DNA from: Azolla caroliniana
Taxonomy: Eukaryota > Plantae > Polypodiophyta
Direction: 5' to 3'
Length of the DNA: 64,000 bases
Assembly (NCBI GenBank): GCA_043228905.1
Contig: JBHGNT010000016.1
Span: forward strand, 8,370,001-8,434,000
A program made the translations under genes and the position numbers. Every line of letters begins with the position of its first letter. The first letter of the stretch is position 1. The notes beneath the pieces are model-generated. The model did not search any database, was not told where the DNA came from, and saw only the letters and a program-made list of their open reading frames with translations. Below, one piece after another: positions 1 through 11,500 of the stretch.

Positions 1-84
1 TTTTCCGGTCAATTCAACGGTTATCTACAACAAATGGGAATTCGGCGCGAATTCAATTGTAGATACACGCTGGAGTAGAACGGC

Positions 85-3000
85 GTGGCTGAGAGGAAGA
101 ATCGGTTAGTTGTGGAAGCGGCACAGGCAATGTTGGAGGAGAAGAGCTTGCCCAAGTTCTATTGGGCCGAGGCGGTAAGGACTGCGGTATACATCCAGAA
201 CCGGATCGGAGACAAAGTGTCGGCGCATGAGCTATATTTCGGAACGAAGCCGAACTTGCGACACTTGAGGGTGTTCGGTAGCATTGCGTATGTGCATGTA
301 CCGAAGGAGAGAAGGAGGAAGCTGGACGCAAAGGCCGAGAAATGCATCTTGGTCGGTTACTCGGACGAGCAGAAGGGTTATAAGTGCTATAACCCTCACA
401 CCAAACAAGCGCGTGTCAGCCGCGACGTTGTGTTTGACGAGTCCGCGTCCTGGTACCTGCCCCCGATTACGAACCTCGACTCCAATCCGAGCTCTGACGA
501 TGAGGTCAGCGAGGCCGAGATGCCTCCGGATGGGCCCGAAATCGAGACCCGCGAAGAGAGTCCGATTTCACTCCGGTTAAGTGGACCGATTGGACGACTG
601 AGTCGGTACGACCAGTCTGATGAAAACCGGCGAGTAGTGGAGACTCGGCCGTGCATTCCCCGCGTAGGAAGCCGAGGAGACAGCTTACGCACAAAGAGAA
701 AGGGAAGAAGAAGGTGTCGGATTCCGGCACGGAAAGGAACGAGTCAGACCGACGCGAGTCCGACTCCGAGGGAACCGGTGATGGGTCTTTAAAGGTGAAG
801 GCCGCGTCGACCAAGAAGGCCTCGACATCGGCTAATGTGAGATTACGCCGATCTACCCGCCTGAAGAATCCTGTTTTGTGGTTCAGATACAACGAGTACA
901 TGGCGCATCATTATGCGTACATGACCCGTGTAGCGGAAGTGCGTGAGCCAGAGAGCTACGCAGAAGCGGCTAAAGACGCGAATTGGTGTGCCGCGATGGA
1001 GGAAGAGATGCACGCACTGGCGGAGAACGAGACCTGGGACCTGGTTGACGCACTGAAGGGTTTGAAGCCAATTGGGTGTAGGTGGGTGTACAAGGTCAAG
1101 TACAACACCGATGGCTCGGTCAACCGGTACAAGGCTCGGCTAGTGGCAAAGGGCTACGCGCAGAAACACGGCATCGACTACGATGAGACGTTTGCGCCGG
1201 TCGCGAAAATGACGACCGTCCGTGTTTTGCTCGCAGTAGCTGCGGTGAAGGGGTGGCACTTACATCAGATGGATGTAAAGAATGCGTTCCTACAAGGTGA
1301 CCTTGAGGAACAGGTGTACATGGTACAACCCCCCGGATTTCACTCCGGAACGAACTCGGCAGTATGCCGACTGAAGAAGTCCCTTTACGGACTGAAGCAA
1401 GCCCCGCGTGCCTAGAACGCGAAGATCACGCAACAACTGCGTCGGATGGGCTTCGTCACGTAAAAATCGGACTCTTCCCTGTTCATCTGGAAAGGTCGAC
1501 TCGGACCGGTTAGTATTCTACTATATGTTGATGACTTGGTCATCACCGGCGCCGACCTAGGTGAAATCAACCGCGTGAAGCTCCAGCTTGCGGCATCGTT
1601 CGACATGAAGGATCTGGGGGACCTTCATTACTTCCTCGAGATCGAAGTGATCTGTACCCCCGAAGGCATATTGATCAGCCAACGTCATTACGTGCTGAGT
1701 ATGCTCTTCAAACTCGGGATGGCCGACTGTAAGTCCGTCTCGACTCCTCTGGACAGAACCATCAAGCTTCGTCCCGATACGGGAAAGGTATGCGACCCGA
1801 TGAGGTTCCGACAAATTGTCGGAAGCCTCATATACTTGACCATCACCCGACCCGACCTCAGTTATCCGGTCGGGGTGATCAGTCAGTTCATGGCGCGACC
1901 TACCGAGGAGCACCTTCAGTGTGCGCAACGCGTATTGCGGTACGTAAGTGGCACTAAGGACCGCGAACTGCTATATCGGACCAGTGCAGCCGCGCAGTTA
2001 GTCGGCTACACCGATGCTGATTGGGCTGGCAACGCCGCCGATCGCCGATCCACGTCTGGATACGCGTTCTCCCTCGGGAGTGCCGCGATCGCATGGAGCA
2101 GTAAGAAGCAGCCGACAGTTGCACTATCGAGCACCGAAGCTGAGTACCGAGGAGCGGCTGTCGCGACATACGAAGCCATATGGTTGAAGCAGCTACTTAA
2201 GGACCTGTAGGTGGAGTTGTCAGATCTGACAACGATCTACTGCGACAACCTCAGCAGCATCCAGCTCGCGAAGAACCTCGTTTTCCACGCACGGACCAAG
2301 CACATTGAGGTGCACTACCATTTCGTCCATGAGCGTGTCCTTTCCGGTGAAGTCAAACTTCAGTACGTGCTGATGGATCGGCAGACTGCCGACATCTTCA
2401 CAAAGCCTCTTGGTCTGGACAAGTTGCGGCAATTCTCAAGTGCGCTCGGATTGCGTCACCTCGACGTGCCGAACTTGAGGGGGAGAATAGTCTCGAACGA
2501 TCAAGCAAGGCAGCAGGAAAGGAGCGGAGACCGCGACACCGAGCCGGTTGTCTGCGACACCGAGTCGGTTGTCCGCGACACCGAGTCGGTTGTCGAGTTC
2601 GACTTCGGATCGGCTGAAGAAGCCGAGGGCGGACCTGCGGAAAAGTCCGGAAGCGGACAGAAGGGGAGCAGCCGAAGGAGAGAGCCGAAGCCAACCACGC
2701 ATGGGGGAGATGACGCCATCGAGGGCGAGAAGACCGAAGACGAGTTGGAGACAGCCAACTCGGACGAGAGCGAAAACCGATTGGAGGTAGCCGAGTCGGT
2801 TCGGATGTTTGATTCAGACACGTTGAATCAACCGAGGCCCAAGCGGAAGAAAAGGCAGCAGAAGAAGTGTCGACACCGCAACAGCAGAAGAGCTGATAAG
2901 CCGACCGGAAGGGTCGAAGCGCGCAGAGTCGAACAGGTCGAGGAGCGCGAGCGAGGCGTGAAGCCAGGAGGAACCGGAGCTGTGAGTCCGAGGATCCCGA

Positions 3001-3134
3001 AGAGCCTCGAGTTGAGCTTGAGGGGGAGTGTTGAGAGACAAGCTCAACATCGGCTGGATCGGCTGAAGAAGCCGAGGACCGGATCGGTTGGGACCGATTG
3101 GTTAGGCCGAGTGCGTAAACCGGGAGGCCGTTAG
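85..3134 (+). pseudogene. Disrupted Copia pol of element A (ORFs 85-792, 651-1415, 1536-2210, 2211-3134)
   Basis: Collinear integrase C-term, RT and RNase H fragments separated by in-frame stops and one frameshift. Confidence 0.9.
2533..2593 (+). repeat. 21-bp tandem repeat x3 (CGACACCGAGTCGGTTGTCCG-like), encodes DTE(P/S)VV
   Basis: Direct inspection. Confidence 0.8.
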
Positions 3135-3368
3135 GAAAGATATTCCGTGAGGAATATATTTGGGAGTTAGTGTAGGAGCTCTTAATGAGCATTCAAGTAC
3201 TGTCAGTACTTCGGTCAGTCCTTCTAGGACTTGTATGAAAGTGTTCACCGAAGCACGTCTTATGTACAGATTGAGTATTATTGTTGAATATAGTTTTTTG
3301 TGTTTTCTCTCTCTGTCTCTCCTGCGTATACCGTGTAAGCTCAAGCTCTCCATTAAACCTGAGTTTCC

Positions 3369-3652
3369 TGTTACACTTGCGTGTTCCTCTAGTAGCTTTG
3401 ATGTGAACCATTTTCCCTATACATGGGCACTTTTTACTCTAGTGCTGGCTAGAGGTTTTTTCCCCATGTTACCACATACATGAGTCACTCATATGTGGTG
3501 GTACTTAGTACTTAGGGATATATATTTCAGCTCCTATTTTTTTTTAGGAACATTCATCAATAGAGAGCTATTCCAGCCATTGCCTTCCTTGTGTGAGTGC
3601 TTCTTTCTTTGAGCTTCTTGTGTGTTTCCCACTCTTCCTCACATACCCAACA
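3369..3652 (+). repeat. 5' LTR of element B
   Basis: Near-identical to 8257-8539. Confidence 0.95.
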
Positions 3653-3653
3653 G

Positions 3654-3666
3654 TGGTATCAGAGCC
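3654..3666 (+). promoter_or_regulatory. Primer-binding site for tRNA-iMet (element B)
   Basis: TGGTATCAGAGCC 1 nt after LTR end. Confidence 0.93.
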
Positions 3667-3938
3667 AAGTTCTTCATCCTCTCCATCTTCGGTTGTCCGC
3701 ATCGCGGTGTCGCGGCGCGCGCACACTTTTCATTGTGCAAATCAACTTCCGAATATAGAGAAGTGTATTTCAGCACTTGGAGCGCATTTTCAGCAGGTAC
3801 CCTGCTGTTTTACCCCCATTTCGAAGCCATTCGTGTAGTCGAAATCGTCATCCGAGTGATAGTTTGTGAGCTGCATTTTCAGCACTCATTTCCGATTCGT
3901 TGAGGTAATATTTTACCACTTTCTTGTTCTTTGGTAAA

Positions 3939-6900
3939 ATGGCAAACAATGGTGATTTGTTTGGCATGCTTCAAGCTGAAGATAAGCTTGATGGGACAAA
4001 CTATCCAATGTGGTCCTACATGATGAAACACGTTCTTGTTGCCAAACAACTATGGAACATAGTGGTAGATGTAGATCGACGCCCCGCCGGTCCTACTACT
4101 TCACAGTCTACTATCACAGATACAGGTTCATCTTCGAGCACAGTGACTTCATCTACTCCACCAACACAAGAGCAACTTAGATGGGATGGAAAAGATGCTC
4201 AAGCTCATGCATTGATTGCACTTTCTGTGAAGCGTCATATAGTTCCACATATTCGGTCATGCTCTACGTCCAAACAAGCATGGGACACTCTTGCTTCGTT
4301 GTATGCCGTGCATAACGAAGCACGTGTTGCATATTTGAGAAAGCAACTTGAGGATGTATATATGGCTGAAAATGAGTCGGTAGATGTGTATGTGACACGC
4401 ATTAAAGATTTGAAAGAGCAATTGGCAAACATTGATGAGATCATTTCGAATACATCACTTGTCTCTACGTTGTTGAAAGGATTACCCGAATCTTTTCAAA
4501 GCTTTGCTACTACTATTGGTTTGGTTGCAAAAGGGAATACGGATATGTACGCATTTGATGAGGTTGTGTCTCTTCTTTTGCAAGAAGAACAATCTAGAGT
4601 GAATAGAAGTGGTTTGATAGAGGGAACACAAGCACTTGCTATCTCACAAAAAGGAAAAGGCAAGCATGGTTCAGCTTTTGGTTCTTCAAAACCAAAGCCT
4701 CAACCTCCCTCTTTCACTTATTCCTCTAATGATGGTGATTTGCAAAAGAAGAAAAGATGCAAATATTGTCGAAAGGTTGGCCATACGATTGAAGAATGTA
4801 GAAAGCTTGTTAAGCGCAATGAGAAGAAGAAGGAATCCGGCATGACCATTTCTGAAAATGTTTCAAGTGCAAAGAGTGATGAGGCCAACATGGCTCAAGA
4901 TTATTGGGCATGTGTTGTTACATATCATTATGATGCATCATTGCACTCTAAATGTATGGTTGTAAGTGAGATTGATTCGGATTGGTTCTTTGATAGTGGT
5001 GCTTCAAAGCACATTACTTCATGCAAAAGTTTTTTTGCATCCTTGAAAGATGCACCCAAAGGTGGACATGTGGTGTGTGCAAACAATGCCTCTTATCCTA
5101 TCATTGGAGTAGGAGAAATTGAGCTTTCGGCTGCAAATGGAGGTGTTGTCATCTTAAAGAATGTATTGTATGTGCCCGGTATCAAGAAGAACTTAATTTC
5201 GGTTCCTTTGATTGCCAAAGCCGGACTTCATGTACATTTTGTTGATGATAAGTGCATGGTTCACGATTATAGCAATGGTGATGTTATTGTGATGTCCGGT
5301 ACATTATGCAATGGCTTGTACCGTTTAGATACATACAAGAGGGCTTCTCTAAATGCCTTGGCCGTACATACTTCTTCCATGGCTGAAATGGAGCTTTGGC
5401 ATGCTCGTTTTGGTCACTTGAACTTCAATAGTTTGCTTCACTTGCAAAAGAAGGATATGGTTATTGGGTTGCCTACACTTGAGTCCATTGAAAAACATGC
5501 ATGTGAAGGTTGCATTCTTGGAAAAATGCATCGTGCTTCTTTTCCAAAAGATAGTCATACACACACTACAAGAAAATTACAACTTGTTCATAGTGATGTG
5601 TGTGGTCCTGTAAAGACTCCATCGTTTGGAAAGCATGTATATTTTGTTACCTTCATTGATGATGCTACTCGTCATACATGGGTGTATCCTATGAAAGCAA
5701 AGAATGAAGTCTTTTCTTGCTTCAAATCATTTTTAGCTATGGCTGAAAATTTTTCCGCAAATAAGCTCTTGACTCTACGCACGGATCGTGGTGGCGAATA
5801 TATGTCACATGAGTTTAATGCTTTTCTTTGTGAAAGAGGTATTTTACATCAATGTACGGTGCCATATACACCTCAACAAAATGGTGTTGCAGAACGCAAA
5901 AATAGAACACTCTTAGAGATGGCACGATGTATGGTTAAAGGAAAGCATCTTCCTAACAAGTTTTGGATGGAAGCGGTTATGTGTGCAAATTATGTGTTGA
6001 ATCGTTGCCCTACAAAAGCGTTGAGAGTCATTACGCCATATGAGGCTTGGAATGGACATAAACCTATGGTTAGTCATATGCGTGTGTTCGGTTGTTTGGC
6101 ATATGCTCTTGTGCCATCACAACAACGTCACAAACTTGATGACAAGGCAAAGAAATGCATATTTGTTGGTTATAGTGCGGAAAGTAAGGGATATCGTTTG
6201 TATCATCCATTGACGGACACAATTATTGTGAGTCGAGATGTTGTATTTGCTGAAAATTCAGCTTTCCCTTTTCTTGAATGCAAAAAACAACCAACAGTTA
6301 GCTCACGAGATGTGTTTGATACACTCATGCCTTTGTTCCAAAGTGCTGCGCTTGACCATGGACATGTAGACCAGCCAAGTGAGTCTCAAAGGGATAAAAA
6401 TTTCCAGCAAATAAGTGTTGAAAATGCACGAAATGTCCAACCAAATGTGGCTGAAAATGAGCATGAAATTCAGCCCACGCATGATGTACATATTGAAGAT
6501 GTATTACATAATGAACGTATGGCTATCGAGAGGTCACAAACTATGCCGAGGTGGCTGAAACAAACTTTGCAAGATAGCAAATTGAGTGCACCTTTACTTG
6601 GTAAAACAAGATCAAGCTCTCGCCATGCATCAGGTAATTTTGTGGATTATTCTATTGTTGCAATAGCATGTAATGAGGAGCCACTTACTTTTGAAGATGC
6701 ATGTGATGATCCACATTGGATGAGTGCTATGCAATCAGAAATGGATTCCATTCATAAAAATGGTACTTGGGAGTTATGTGAATTGCCAAAAGGAAAGAAT
6801 GTGATTGGTACTAGGTGGGTTTACAAGATTAAACGAAAGCCCGATGGTAGTATTGATCGCTACAAAGCTAGATTGGTTGCCAAAGGATATGCCCAACAAT

Positions 6901-8210
6901 ATGGCATTGATTATGAGGAAACTTTTGCACCTACTTCACGCATGACTACCATTCGTACCGTGGTTGCATTGGCTGCCCAAAGAGGTTGGAAAATGCATCA
7001 ATTGGACATAAAAACAGCCTTTTTAAATGGTGATTTGCAAGAAGAGGTTTATGTGAAGCAACCTCCTGGATTTGCTACGAAAGAGAAAGAGCATATGGTT
7101 TGTCGTTTGCATAAGGCCTTGTATGGTCTCAAGCAAGCTCCGCGTGCATGGTATGAAAAAATCCATAAGCACTTGATTTCTCTTGGCTTCACATGTAGTC
7201 CGATTGAAAGCACACTTTATGTACGCAAAGATGGGGCTGATCTTCTAGTGCTCGTTCTTTATGTTGATGACATACTCTTGACTGGGTCATGTGATGCAAA
7301 ACTCGATTTTCTTATGGCTGATTTGCAGCATACTTTTGAAGTCACTTATCTTGGTCTTTTGAGCTACTATCTTGGCATCCAGTTTGTATCCGTTGAGGGG
7401 GGAATGTTTATGCATCAAGGAAAGTATGTTGAAAAACTACTTCAGCGTTTTGACTTTGAGGATTGCAAGCCGGTTTATACACCTGTGGAGACAGGATTTA
7501 GGTTCTCTGTTGAGGATTCTAGTGATGCGTTTGATACTTCTCTTTATCAACAAGCTGTGGGATGTCTTATATATGCATGCAATACAAGGCCGGATATACA
7601 GTATGCAGTCTCCCAATTGAGTCGATTCATGCATAGCCCTGGCACTAAGCATTGGCAAGCAGTGAAACGTGTGTTCAGATATCTTAGAGGCACTTTGAGC
7701 TTGGGTCTCTTTTATGGCAGAGATACTCAGCCATGCTTGCATGCTTTTACAGATAGTGATTGGGCTGGTTGTTATGATACTCGCGTGTCCACTAGTGGTA
7801 ATTGCTTTTTCTTTGGAAACTCATGTATATCTTGGTTGAGTAAAAAGCAACCTACAGTGGCGACATCAAGTTGTGAAGCTGAGTACAGGGCAGTTTTCAC
7901 AGCTACAGTGGAGTGTATATGGCTAAGACGCCTTTTGATGGATCTTTGCATGGAGATTGAAGTTGCTACACGTATTCTCACAGATAGTCAGAGTGCATTG
8001 GCTGTTGCACGAAATCCTGTATTTCATGCACGGACCAAACACATTGAGGTGCATTATCACTATGTGAGAGAGCGCTTTCATGCAGGAGATATTGATTTGG
8101 TATATGTGCCTACACAAGATAACGTGGCAGACATATTCACCAAAGCTCTTCCACGAGAAAAGTTTGAAGCTTTTCGCAAAGCTTTAGGCTTATTGCCTTG
8201 TGGGGGCTGA
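3939..8210 (+). CDS. Copia Gag-Pol polyprotein (gag, CCHC knuckle, protease, GAG-pre-integrase, integrase, RT, RNase H)
   Basis: First ATG 3939 within ORF 3924-8210; CKYCRKVGHTIEEC, WFFDSGAS, HSDVCGP/RTDRGGEY/VAERKNR, LYVDD, DSDWAG..EAEY..ADIFTK. Confidence 0.96.
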   Translation: MANNGDLFGMLQAEDKLDGTNYPMWSYMMKHVLVAKQLWNIVVDVDRRPAGPTTSQSTITDTGSSSSTVTSSTPPTQEQLRWDGKDAQAHALIALSVKRHIVPHIRSCSTSKQAWDTLASLYAVHNEARVAYLRKQLEDVYMAENESVDVYVTRIKDLKEQLANIDEIISNTSLVSTLLKGLPESFQSFATTIGLVAKGNTDMYAFDEVVSLLLQEEQSRVNRSGLIEGTQALAISQKGKGKHGSAFGSSKPKPQPPSFTYSSNDGDLQKKKRCKYCRKVGHTIEECRKLVKRNEKKKESGMTISENVSSAKSDEANMAQDYWACVVTYHYDASLHSKCMVVSEIDSDWFFDSGASKHITSCKSFFASLKDAPKGGHVVCANNASYPIIGVGEIELSAANGGVVILKNVLYVPGIKKNLISVPLIAKAGLHVHFVDDKCMVHDYSNGDVIVMSGTLCNGLYRLDTYKRASLNALAVHTSSMAEMELWHARFGHLNFNSLLHLQKKDMVIGLPTLESIEKHACEGCILGKMHRASFPKDSHTHTTRKLQLVHSDVCGPVKTPSFGKHVYFVTFIDDATRHTWVYPMKAKNEVFSCFKSFLAMAENFSANKLLTLRTDRGGEYMSHEFNAFLCERGILHQCTVPYTPQQNGVAERKNRTLLEMARCMVKGKHLPNKFWMEAVMCANYVLNRCPTKALRVITPYEAWNGHKPMVSHMRVFGCLAYALVPSQQRHKLDDKAKKCIFVGYSAESKGYRLYHPLTDTIIVSRDVVFAENSAFPFLECKKQPTVSSRDVFDTLMPLFQSAALDHGHVDQPSESQRDKNFQQISVENARNVQPNVAENEHEIQPTHDVHIEDVLHNERMAIERSQTMPRWLKQTLQDSKLSAPLLGKTRSSSRHASGNFVDYSIVAIACNEEPLTFEDACDDPHWMSAMQSEMDSIHKNGTWELCELPKGKNVIGTRWVYKIKRKPDGSIDRYKARLVAKGYAQQYGIDYEETFAPTSRMTTIRTVVALAAQRGWKMHQLDIKTAFLNGDLQEEVYVKQPPGFATKEKEHMVCRLHKALYGLKQAPRAWYEKIHKHLISLGFTCSPIESTLYVRKDGADLLVLVLYVDDILLTGSCDAKLDFLMADLQHTFEVTYLGLLSYYLGIQFVSVEGGMFMHQGKYVEKLLQRFDFEDCKPVYTPVETGFRFSVEDSSDAFDTSLYQQAVGCLIYACNTRPDIQYAVSQLSRFMHSPGTKHWQAVKRVFRYLRGTLSLGLFYGRDTQPCLHAFTDSDWAGCYDTRVSTSGNCFFFGNSCISWLSKKQPTVATSSCEAEYRAVFTATVECIWLRRLLMDLCMEIEVATRILTDSQSALAVARNPVFHARTKHIEVHYHYVRERFHAGDIDLVYVPTQDNVADIFTKALPREKFEAFRKALGLLPCGG

Positions 8211-8256
8211 TCTGTCACTCCTTGTACATGTTCACATCATTCGCTCCAGGGGGGTT

Positions 8257-8539
8257 TGTTACACTTGCGTGTTCCTCTAGTAGCTTTGATGTGAACCATT
8301 TTCCCTTTACATGGGCACTTTTTACTCTAGTGCTGGCTAGAGGTTTTTTCCCCATGTTACCACATACATGAGTCACTCATATGTGGTGGTACTTAGTACT
8401 TAGGGATATATATTTCAGCTCCTATTTTTTTTAGGAACATTCATCAATAGAGAGCTATTCCAGCCATTGCCTTCCTTGTGTGAGTGCTTCTTTCTTTGAG
8501 CTTCTTGTGTGTTTCCCACTCTTCCTCACATACCCAACA
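8257..8539 (+). repeat. 3' LTR of element B
   Basis: Near-identical to 3369-3652; followed by TSD TTTCC. Confidence 0.95.
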
Positions 8540-8594
8540 TTTCCTCCCTTCTGTTTGGTCTTCATACTTGCTTCCGCACGCTACTTTTTACACA

Positions 8595-11500
8595 GAGTTC
8601 TCTACTGCTTTGCATCCTGTGTGAGCGACCAGCTATTGAGCTATATTTGGGATGCTAAGACGCCAAAGGACGCGTGGGCGAATCTCAAAAAGCTTTTCGC
8701 CGCAAGCACAACGGCTAGGATGCTGCAGCTCAGACAGGAGCTCAGCAATGTTCGACAGAAAGATCTGTCTGTGGCCGATTATACGGCCCGAATCAAGGAA
8801 GTATGTGACTCTCTCGCCTCCGTCATCATGAACATCGAGGAGGATGAAATGGTGTAGGTTTACCTTGGTGGGCTAGTGTCCAGGTTCGGAGCCTTCCGAA
8901 TAGCGGTCTATACGAGGGAGAATACGCCTTCATTCTTCGAGCTTCAGTCAATGTTGCTAATGGAGGAAAATCACACGGAAGCTTCGACGAGTACACACGC
9001 CAACAACAAGATGTTGTACACGCAGGAAGATAGGCCCCGTGGTCATGGTGGACAAGGCGGATCGATGCGCAATGGAGGCGGCTGACAAGAGTAGAACAAG
9101 TGGCATAATCGAAATGCCGACAGCAGTTCCAGACCCTCCACAAGTAGGGGGAGCCATGGCGGTGCCGGAAGCTGGCAAGAGAAGGCCGCGTCGGAGTGTT
9201 GGTACTGTAGTAAGGAAGGCCACAAGGAGAGCGAGTGCTGGAAAAAGCGAGCCGATTCGGACAAAGCAAGATCGAGACAAAGAGACGCAGAGAGGCGTCA
9301 GAGATCGCACTACGCAGAAGGCTCTGAACGAGCCGGAAACAAATCGGGCCCAACCTTCGTAATGAAGCATAAGGCCAATCTTTGGCCGTGAACACCTCGA
9401 AATCAAGCGAGGTGTGGTATGTTGATTCCGGAGTGTCAAATCATACGACGAGTCACGAGGAATGGTTCTCGTACTTGGAGAAACCGGAATCACAAGGAGT
9501 GGTCGAAACGGGAGACGACACTCCGCATACCATCGAACATGTCGGCGAAGTTCCTCTCAGCCACGTCGGGAAGAAAGGGAAACTCATGAACGTGCTACAC
9601 GATTCGACAATAACGAAGAACCTGGTGTCGGTCGGTCAGATCGTCGATAAGGGAATGCATGTTCGATTCACACATTTCGGTTGCTTCATAGAAGAGGAAG
9701 GCAAAGTAATCGCGCAAGGGCGCCGTGAAGGGAGGATGTTTATCCTCGACATTAATCAAGCCGGAACCGTGTTGTACGCGAAAGGACAAAAGGTCGAATC
9801 GGATATCGACCTATGGCACAAGCGGTTCAGCCACGTAAATTTCCCTTGGCTTCATGAAATGCAGACGAAGAACATTGTTTTCGGGTTGCCGAAATTTCGT
9901 GGCCGGAATGGCCAAGTCTATGAAGCCTGTCAGATGGGAAAACATCACCGACTTCCATTCCCCAATGAGCGTAATCGTAGTCGAAGTCCACTGGATTTGA
10001 TCCATTCGGATGTGTGGGGTTCGACACAGAACGTTAGTCTTGGTGGGAGTTGATATTTCGTCTCTTTCATCGATGACTATACGCGGCACACGTGGATCTA
10101 CCTCATTGAGAAGAAGAGTGAAGTCTTCGACTGTTTCCGGGACCTCAAGAGTTTCGTCGAAAGGGAAACAGGAAGAAAGATCAAGTGCCTGCGGTCGGAT
10201 GGTAGAAAAGAGTACTTTTCCGGTCAATTCAACGGGTATCTACAACAGATGGGAATTCGACGTGAATTCAGTTGCAGATATACGCCAGAGCAAAACGGCG
10301 TGGCCGAAAGGAAAAATCAGTCCATTGTGGAAGCAGCACAGGCAATGCTGGAGGAGAAGAGCTTGCCCAAGTTCTATTGGGCCGAGGCTGTACGAACCGT
10401 GGTGTACATTCAGAATTGGATCGGAGAAAAAGTGTCGGCGCATGAGCTGTATTTCAGAAGAAACCCGAATCTGCGACACATGAGAGTTTTCGGTAGCATT
10501 GCGTATGTGCATGTGCCGAAGGAGAAACGGAGGAAGCTAGACGCGAAAGCTGAGAAGTGTATCTTGGTCGGCTATTTGGATGAGCAGAAGGGTTATAAGT
10601 GTTATAACCCATGCACCAAACAAGCGTGCGTGAGCCGCGACGTTGTGTTTGACAAGTCCGCGTCCTGGTACTTGCCTCTGACTCCGGACCTCACCTCCAA
10701 TCCGAGTTCTAATGATGAGGTTAGCGAGGCCGAGATGCCTCTGGATGAGCTTGAAATCGGGACCCGCGAAGAGAGTCCGATTTCGTTTCGGTTAAGCGGA
10801 CCGAATGGACGACTGAGTCGGTTCGACTAGTCCGATGAAGTGCCGGCGAGTAATGGAGACTCGACCATGCATTCCCCACGCAGGAAGCCGAGGAGACGGC
10901 TTACGCGCAAGGAAAAAGGGAAGAAGAAGGTGTCAGATTATGACACGGATAGGAATGAGTCGGATTTGCGTGAGTCCGACTCCGAGGGAAGTGATGACGG
11001 GTCTTCGAGAGCGAAGTCTACGTTAGCCAAGAAAGCCTCAACATCGGCTAATGAGCAATTACGCCTATCTACTTGCCAGAAGAACCCTGTTGTGTGGTTT
11101 GGTTACAACGAGGACATGGCGCATCACTATGCGTACATGACCCGTGTAGCGGAAGTGCGTGAGCCGGAGAGCTATGCAGAAGCGGTGAAAAACGCGAACT
11201 GGCGTGCCGCAATGGAGGAAGAGATGCACGCATTGGTTGAAAATGAAACCTGGGACCTAGTTGATGCATCGAAAGTTGTGAAACCGATTGGATGTAGGTG
11301 GGTGTACAAGGTCAAGTACAACACTGATGACTCGGTCAACCGATACAAGGCCCGGTTAGTACCGAAAGGCTACGCGCAACAACACGGCATCGACTATGAT
11401 GAGACATTTGCACCGGTTGCAAAGATGACGACCGTCCGTGTTTTGCTTGCGGTAGCTGTGACAAAGGGGTGGCACTTACATCAGATGGATGTAAAGAATG

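Larger units (their letters stand above)
3369..8539 (+). mobile_element. Intact, young Ty1/Copia LTR retrotransposon B
   Basis: LTRs 3369-3652 and 8257-8539 (TG..CA; one substitution plus one poly-T indel), TSD TTTCC on both sides, PBS TGGTATCAGAGCC, PPT AGGGGGG, single uninterrupted ORF. Confidence 0.97.
1..8594 (+). mobile_element. Degenerate Ty1/Copia LTR retrotransposon A (integrase-RT-RNaseH, C-terminal extension, 3' LTR interrupted by element B); 5' part outside window
   Basis: AERKNR integrase, [20 protein letters not shown] and DADWAG..EAEY motifs broken by stops/frameshifts; PPT GAGGGGGAG 3020-3028; LTR starts TGTTGAG at 3029, resumes after B at 8545 and ends ..TTTACA(CA) ~8592-8594. 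Confidence 0.9.

Noticed and set aside
2398-3192. Long antisense ORFs over A-family pol and extension
   Set aside because: Shadow ORFs expected in GC-rich coding DNA; not conserved between copies
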